From: Eledone cirrhosa
Lineage: Eukaryota
Length of the DNA: 64,000 nt
Direction of reading: 5' to 3'
Assembly (NCBI GenBank): GCA_964016885.1
Contig: OZ024747.1
Span: 69,068,001-69,132,000, forward strand
A model generated the notes under the pieces. It did no database searches. It had not been told where the DNA came from and saw nothing but the letters and a program-made list of their open reading frames with translations. The first letter of the stretch is position 1, and each line of letters begins with the position of its first letter. Shown in pieces: positions 57,304 through 64,000 of this stretch. The position numbers and the translations under genes are program-made.

Positions 57304-57305
<2 letters not shown>
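56599..57305 (+). mobile_element. Non-coding direct-repeat element in (TA)n (retrozyme-like or non-autonomous PLE)
   Basis: Direct repeats of about 113 bp (56599-56712 and 57192-57305) offset by 593 bp, each with the hammerhead 3' half. Confidence 0.7.
57145..57234 (+). ncRNA. Type-I hammerhead ribozyme, U3-A8 core variant with a long loop II
   Basis: tcctc-TTGATAA-gtcggca..tgccac-GAA-ACTACGTAGT-C/gagga. Confidence 0.7.
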
Positions 57306-57359
<54 letters not shown>

Positions 57360-57398
57360 ATATATATAAATATATATATATTTATTTAAACATATATA

Positions 57399-58256
57399 CG
57401 AGGTGTGTCAGAAAAGTTCCAGGACTGATGTCACAAAAGATTTATTTCAAACCCAAACTTCACACTATGAGTTTTCTCCTTCAAAGTAATCACCCTGGAG
57501 TATGTAACTGTAATCTTAGCTCTCTGCAGCGATCAAACTTTTTTCTTCATAATTTTATATACATATCCTCTGTTTCAGGTCGTCAAGCAATGAGCACAGA
57601 GCAACGAACAAACTTGAAGTTTCTGCTACGGTTGGGGAAAACTCCGCTGCAGCAAGTGTATGGAGATGAGACGATGTCACGCTCACGTGTTTTTGAGTGG
57701 TGCAAGAGGTTTAAAGAAGGACGCGAGGACGTGGAAGATGACCCCAGGAGTGGAAGGTCCTCAACAACCAGGACTGCGGTTAACGTTGAGCGCGTCAGGC
57801 AGATGGTGCGGAGCAATCGTCGGCTGACTGTTCGACTGATGGCAAATGAGCTGGGCGTGAGTCGGGACAGCGTCTGGAAGATTATCACTGAAGATTTGGA
57901 CATGCGGAAAGTCTGCGCGAAGATGGTGCCAAAACTACTGAACGATGACCAGAAGGGTCGACGCATGCAAGTGTGCCAGGACATCCTCAAGCATCTTGAA
58001 ACCGAACAAGATGAGTCATGACCCGACAGACAACCCGTTTTGAAGACGTGGACGACATCAAAAAGGCCGTGACGACGGAACTGCCGAGGATCCCGGAAGA
58101 ATCCTTCCAAGGGTGCATGCAAGCGTGGCAGAAAAGGATGGAAATGTGCATTAGACTCCAGGGGATTACTTTGAAGGAGAAAACTCTTAGTGTGAAGTTT
58201 GGGTTTGAAATAAATCTTTTGTGACATCAGTCCTGGCACTTTTCTGGCACAACTCG
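57399..58256 (+). mobile_element. Internally deleted mariner (Tc1/mariner) transposon with inverted termini of about 100 bp
   Basis: TA-cgaggtgtgtcagaaaagttccaggact / agtcctggcacttttctggcacaactcg-TA. ATG at 57590 starts an HTH region (VFEWCKRFKEGREDVEDDPRSGR, KMVPKLL). C-terminal RFEDVDDIK..WQKR is present; the DDD core is deleted. Confidence 0.9.
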
Positions 58257-58266
58257 TATACATATA

Positions 58267-58321
<55 letters not shown>

Positions 58322-58324
58322 GTT

Positions 58325-58355
<31 letters not shown>

Positions 58356-58357
58356 TT

Positions 58358-58432
58358 CACCATCATCATCATCGTTTAACGTCCATCTTCCACGCTTGCA
58401 TGGGTTTGGACGGGAGTTTTCCCACTTGAGGC
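58358..58432 (-). repeat. RTE-type 3' terminus with (GAT)n tail
   Basis: catcatcatcatcgtttaacgtccatcttcca.gct.gcatgggt resembles common RTE/SINE 3' ends. Confidence 0.5.
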
Positions 58433-58493
58433 AAGATTGGTTGTCCTGCTCATATAGGACTGTCTGGCATTTATTTATGTATATTTATTTATG

Positions 58494-58548
<55 letters not shown>

Positions 58549-58884
58549 GTATGTATATATATTTATTTATTTATGTATGTATATATAAATAAATATATAT
58601 ATATAAATGTTTTTATTTATATATGTATTTATATAGATATTTATAAAGATATAGTATACATACATATACATACATATATGCATACAAATACATACATACA
58701 TACACATACATAAGTATATATATATATGTGTATATATATATATATATTTATATATGTATTTATATAGATATATATATATAAAGATATAGTATACATACAC
58801 ATACATATACATACATACATGTATGCATACAAATACATACATACACATACATATGTATATATATATATGTATATATATATATAT

Positions 58885-59068
58885 GACAGTCGATTGACTT
58901 TTGTCAAATCGGACCGAAGAAACAATCTATCGGTCGCAACTCCAGGTAAAAGGAGCAACGTGAAATAAAGTGTCTTGCCCAAGGACATAACGCATCGCCC
59001 GGTCCAGGAATCGAACTCACAACCTAACGATTGAGAGTTCAATTCTCTTACCACTCAGCCACGCGCCT
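58885..59068 (-). mobile_element. Second tRNA-derived SINE family with a CORE-like segment (related 9640-9810 -, 6435-6520 +)
   Basis: Minus strand reads ggcgcgtggctgagtggtaag..gttcgattcc..gtccttgggcaagacacttt. Confidence 0.7.
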
Positions 59069-59070
59069 TG

Positions 59071-59120
<50 letters not shown>

Positions 59121-60857
59121 ATGTATGTATATGTATATGTATGTATACTATATCTTTTCTATTTGAAACATGGCCTCGGATTTATCTGGCAGTGGAAACA
59201 ATATTCTGACATTTCAAAATCGATTGAATTTGTTTGTGGAGTAAGAATTTGACTTATAACTCTTTAGATAATGGCTAAATCGAAACAACAATAACCCTTT
59301 TCTAAATTTTAGAATAAAAAATTCTGAGGAAATATAGATTCTTTCTGAAATAATTGATGCACTACTTCTTCTTGATGAGCGCAGATAAACAGAAAGAGAA
59401 AGCTTTATTTAATGGCATTGTGCGTCAGTCGTTTTATAGATAAATTCTCTATAAGAAAAATGTCCCCTGAAAAGTTATCTATTTAAGCAACAAAGAAATA
59501 AGCAAACAAATATATAGATATATAAATATATACATAAACGACAATAAGAGCCAAAAGATAACAAAAAAAAAAAAGCCGGCACTTTCTGTGATATATATTA
59601 GGTGTCCATGCCTTATTGAGAAATGTGCCAATCTCTCCCTACTCTCCTAGTGTCAATCATGAACTACTACAACTTGCATATAATAAAACATAACGCAATA
59701 TTTATTAACTGAAATGCCATAACCTGTAGCGTCTTAGCAGCCAACACATTTTGATAAGTAAGAATAATAAATATTTGGCAATTGACTGAAGAATTTAGCC
59801 GAAATTGAAGAAACGTTAAGGATTATGTCAAAGTGACACCGCCACATAACCGATGGTAATAATGGTGAGGAATAAAAAGACACACGGAGAATTAAGGCTC
59901 TGATGCCAGTGTTTATAGGAAACTTTACTTGCAGACAAGTTCGATAAAATCTGAACAGGTTTCTGATTGTTTTCTTTATAGAGAAACAGTCGTACATTAT
60001 TTATATGGTTGTATATTTTTACGACTACTTTATTTCTGATATAATATTTCTTCGTACGGAAGCTTATACGTTAAAAAAAAGAACTTTTCCTCTTTTACAC
60101 ACACGTATATCTCAATGTATGTCTCATTAAAGAATATTCACAAAATGGAGCTTTCCATATGTAGCTGCTCACACGATAAAATAAGATTACGTTGCTTGCT
60201 GTATCAACATACAAAGTTAGTGTTCCACTCAGAATGATGCAGTCAGCAGGAAGCTAAATATTTTCATCTCGTTCGGGATTCCATAGATTTTATGTTCGCT
60301 TTCTCAATCAAATGAAATAAGAATGAAAACAGTTAAAATCATAGAGAAAATATCGTAGAAATTTCTTGCATTTACGATTATGGCTGGAAAAAGATTTTTT
60401 CCTGCATTCGTTCTTTCGTTTCTTAGTATTGTCATTTTCTCTACATCCGGTTATACGCTGGAGGAAATGACCCCCACTCCAGTGACGGCACACTCTGAAC
60501 GCCATCTTTCCAATACCATACTAGCCAATGTTACTCAGCGTTCATTTTTGTTCTATACTTTATAATTTTATTGCTCAAGTTAATGTAATCATTGTCATTT
60601 CTATTGTTGCATTATATTATTATCAATATTATTTTGGAATTTTTCTGTTACGTATATTGTGAAGAAAACTTTTCAAGTCTAAGGTAAATAAATCATTTAG
60701 GTTAGAAAGATAGCTGGTTCAAACTTCAATAACTCTTACAGTAAGAAGAAATAAAAATAACGTTTTTAATAAAGTATTTTCTCACATTTTCTTATTCAAG
60801 AAAATGTGATGTCTCCGCTGATTTAAGTTACAATTAAGTAGGCGGTTGTGAGTAGGT

Positions 60858-61040
60858 TATGCCTGGAAGGAAGGTTGACTGGTAAGAGAAGCAGAGGCCG
60901 GCAGCCAAAATGATGGCTTGACAATGTCAACTTATGAACTGGATTTGATCTTTGCTCTTTGAACTCTGCTGCTGGTGATCGAACTTTGTGAAGAGAGATA
61001 TCACATGTTAATGAGCAGTCTGCAACTAGCGAAGTTTAAC
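60858..61040 (+). pseudogene. Decayed RTE-clade LINE 3' end (similar at about 5450-5600)
   Basis: Translates to LEGRLTGKRSRGRQPK*WLDNV..TG..AAGDR, the RTE C-terminal signature. Confidence 0.65.
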
Positions 61041-61159
61041 GTCACAAGAAGTAGGTGGTTTTTATCAATTTAAAATCTGTTGGTGCTGACATTGCTCTGC
61101 ATTTCTTGTCATGATAAGCTAAAAAGATCCGCCATGTACATGTGTAAATAACATAATAT

Positions 61160-61350
61160 TAGGGCGGTGGATTAGCAGTATCGGTAGAGGGTCGGACGCC
61201 ATGCTTTGCAGCATAGAGTTACGACCCTTTACGGTCTGAGTTCAGATCCCACCGAGGTTAACTTTGCCTTTCATCCTTATGGGGTCGTTAAAATAAAGCA
61301 CCAGTAATGTACTGGGATGGTGGCCTTGTGCAAAAAGTAGAAACAATTAT
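61160..61350 (+). mobile_element. tRNA-derived SINE (other copies about 34083-34190, 35745-35880, 35980-36150, 21260-21360 on +; 4900-5037, 44040-44172, 49880-50010 on -)
   Basis: Same head and core as the 24010 cluster. Confidence 0.85.
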
Positions 61351-62964
61351 TTAACTTGTACAGTTTTAATAAATGCAACCAATTACTTGATGACCAACGT
61401 TGGGCTGTAGTTGAAGTAAAGGACCAGACAACTTGTGGAATCGACCCAATGAGAGCTTATCAGCTACTCAATTCTTTGAGCCTAGAAAATATTCAAAGAA
61501 TAATATTTACTTTCTTTTGATCTAAACTGTCTCAAATGAGACTTTAAAATATTTTGTACCATGAAATGAGAATCCTGTTACTGTTGTTGTTGGTTATATC
61601 AGGCCAACCTTGATTAGCACACTCTATGATAGGACCATTCCTTCTTTTTCTTTTCTGCAATAAGATTGCATTATTTAATATAACCTTTTTTTAAGGCGGC
61701 AGGTGAGTGATTGCTATTTCTAGCTCGAGTGACAACGTTCAGTTTTGATATGTACAGGGAAATAAAAGAGAGAGAGAGAGAGAAAGAGAGAAAGAGAGAA
61801 AGAGAGAAAGAGAGAAAGAGAGAAGAAAGAGAGGTGGAGAGAAAGGAAGAGAGAGAGAGTTGGAGAGAAAGGAAGAGAGAGAGTTGGAGAGTGAGATATA
61901 GAGAGAAATGAAGAGAGAGAGAGAGAGAGGTGGAGAGAATGGAAGAGAGAGAAAGAGAAATATAGTGTATATTTTAATATATTTGCACAGCATAAATCGC
62001 AAACCTAGTATACACCATGGTTTTAATAAAGGTTTCTAATTTAGGCACAAGGCCAACAATTTTTGGGGAGGGGAAATCCATTAAATCGGTGCCAGTGTGT
62101 TACTGGTATTTTATTTTATGGACCCCGACGGCTTTTGAACTCAGAACGTAAAGGGGCCGCAACTATATGCTATAAAGCATGTAGTCCGATGCTCTATCGG
62201 TACGGCCAATCCACCGCCCTCACCAGGGTTTTAATAATGGCCACTAAATTTCCGTTTTTCTCCAGTATATGGCAACTATTCCCTTAATTCTACTTAGCTA
62301 GATAGAATACTAGTTCAACTTAACAAATCAATTATTTTCATCGATCTTGTCAAACACCGGTTCAATCTCTATCTTGGATCAGATGATTAAATGCAGCTGT
62401 CTTGATTGATCTGAGTTTAAGAAGGGGATATTAGGTAAGAGGAGAAGAGAAAGTTATATAGAAATGGATTATATATATATATATATAATACACGCACATT
62501 AATATGGGGAAGGAGAGAGAGAGAAAGAGAGAATAAGCGTGATATAATCACGTGTAAATATATAGAGGTGAGTCATTAGATGACCTTATGTAAGATTTCC
62601 CCTAAGAGATAACATTTTGTGACATTACTGTAGAATGGGTATGGATCTTTTTAAGGTTTGATGTAGGACGTAGAGTTAGACGTCACCAGTGTTGACATGA
62701 TTTGTATGGATACAGCCTTGGAATTTATTCCAATTGAAGGTCGTCGTAGAAAAGACTAAAGACGGATCCATCTTAAGATCGATAAACGTAATTAATCAGT
62801 ATCATCTATCAAATCTGTGTATAGCTTCATTTTCTTGTCTATCAAATATCTCTGGAATGACTGTCACAGAGGTATGCTGATATAAAGAAAATGTTATATT
62901 GTTAAGTAATACTTGAAATATATAAATCATATAACAAAGTAAAAACAATAACAATAATGATTTC

Positions 62965-63530
62965 TGATTTAGGTACAAGGCTAACAATTTTTTGGGGGGA
63001 GGGGAAAGTGGATTAATTCGACCCCAGTACATTACTGGTGCTTTATTTTATCCACCCCGTAAAGATGAAAGGCAAAGCTAACCTTGGCAGAATGTGAAAT
63101 CAGAACGTAAAGGAACGTAACTACATGCCACAAAACATGTTGTCCGACGCTCTACCGATACTGACAATCCATCGTCAATCAATAATGGTTTATTTTATTG
63201 ACCTTCTAAGGATGAAAGGCAAAGTTAACCTCGGCGGGATTTGAACCCAGAACATAAAGGGGTGGAATAAATAGGGTAATAATTGTTTCTAATAATAATT
63301 TGTTATGTACAATAGATATTATTAATATTCATAATAATAGTTTCTACTTTAGGCACAAGCCCAGTAATTTGAAGGGAGGGAGAAAAGTCGATTAAATCGA
63401 CCCAAGTGTGTTAACTGGTACTTTATTTTATCGTTTCCGTAAGGAGGAAATACAAATCTAATCTTGTCAGGATTTGAACGTAAAGAGCTATGCCGCAAAG
63501 CATGTTGTCCGACGCTCTACCGATTCTGCT
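62965..63530 (-). mobile_element. Cluster of about three SINEs of the same family (another at 62035-62220 -)
   Basis: Reverse-complement motifs ggatgaaaggcaaagttaacctcggcgggatttgaac and gtccgacgctctaccgat. Confidence 0.8.
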
Positions 63531-63597
63531 AATAATGTTATTAGATGATCAGCTTTAGTTTTTTCAAACCCGGAAGAGAACGCAAATTCATTTAAAC

Positions 63598-63960
63598 CAA
63601 AGGTTCTCAACGGGGGGCATATGCACCTCCGGGGGGCGTTTCGGAACTCCAGGGGGGCGTTTGGGAGCAAGGTCGCGTTAGGGGGGCGTTTGGAGCTGGG
63701 GGAGGGAGGTTAGGGGGCGCTGGAAGGCTCTTTATTTTGGTAAGTTTTATAAGCCATATTTGTATGTCTTTGAGACAGCCAGTGTGAATGCATTTGAATG
63801 AGCTTGCAGACAGCATAACTATAGTCTGACCGCAGCTCTGTGAGCAGGTGTGCAGGCATGTCCGGTAATTGAGACGTTTAACCGGTAATTAAGATCCTAA
63901 AAATGGAAAAAACCCACAGTCAACTTGGTCAAAGACACATTAAGCTCTCAGCCAGTTAGA
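63598..63960 (+). mobile_element. Left end of a hAT-like DNA element
   Basis: caaaggttctcaacgggggg terminus followed by repeated ggggggcgtt subterminal motifs. The right end is not seen. Confidence 0.5.
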
Positions 63961-64000
63961 ATCTTATTTTTCCTTCACCGATAACAATGTATTTCATGTC

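Noticed and set aside
58975-59068. tRNA gene candidates (A/B boxes), here and in other SINE heads
   Set aside because: They continue into SINE core sequence and lack a convincing cloverleaf.

Overview
Eukaryotic, repeat-dominated, AT-rich genomic DNA with no confidently identifiable host gene. The extreme (TA)n/(CA)n/(TATG)n/(GATA)n/(ATT)n density and the SINE types suggest a cephalopod such as an octopus (inference only). Most short ORFs in the track are microsatellite artefacts. Real content: (1) an apparently intact L1/Tx1-clade LINE (ORF1 zinc knuckle; ORF2 APE endonuclease-RT-zinc finger) inside an (ATT)n tract, plus two decayed relatives, one inside (GATA)n; (2) a 3' fragment of an R4/Dong-like REL-endonuclease retrotransposon in (TATG)n; (3) mariner derivatives, MITEs, many tRNA-derived SINEs, RTE 3' fragments and minisatellites. 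The most interesting layer is a dense set of short elements embedded in (TA)n. Many carry type-I hammerhead ribozyme motifs with palindromic stem III and share a fold-back architecture with a long and a short arm, both 3' ends facing outward. One is joined to a Penelope-like GIY-YIG C-terminus. One non-coding direct-repeat unit of 593 nt carries a U3-A8 covariant hammerhead and is a retrozyme-like candidate. Coordinates were read by eye and may be off by a few bases.
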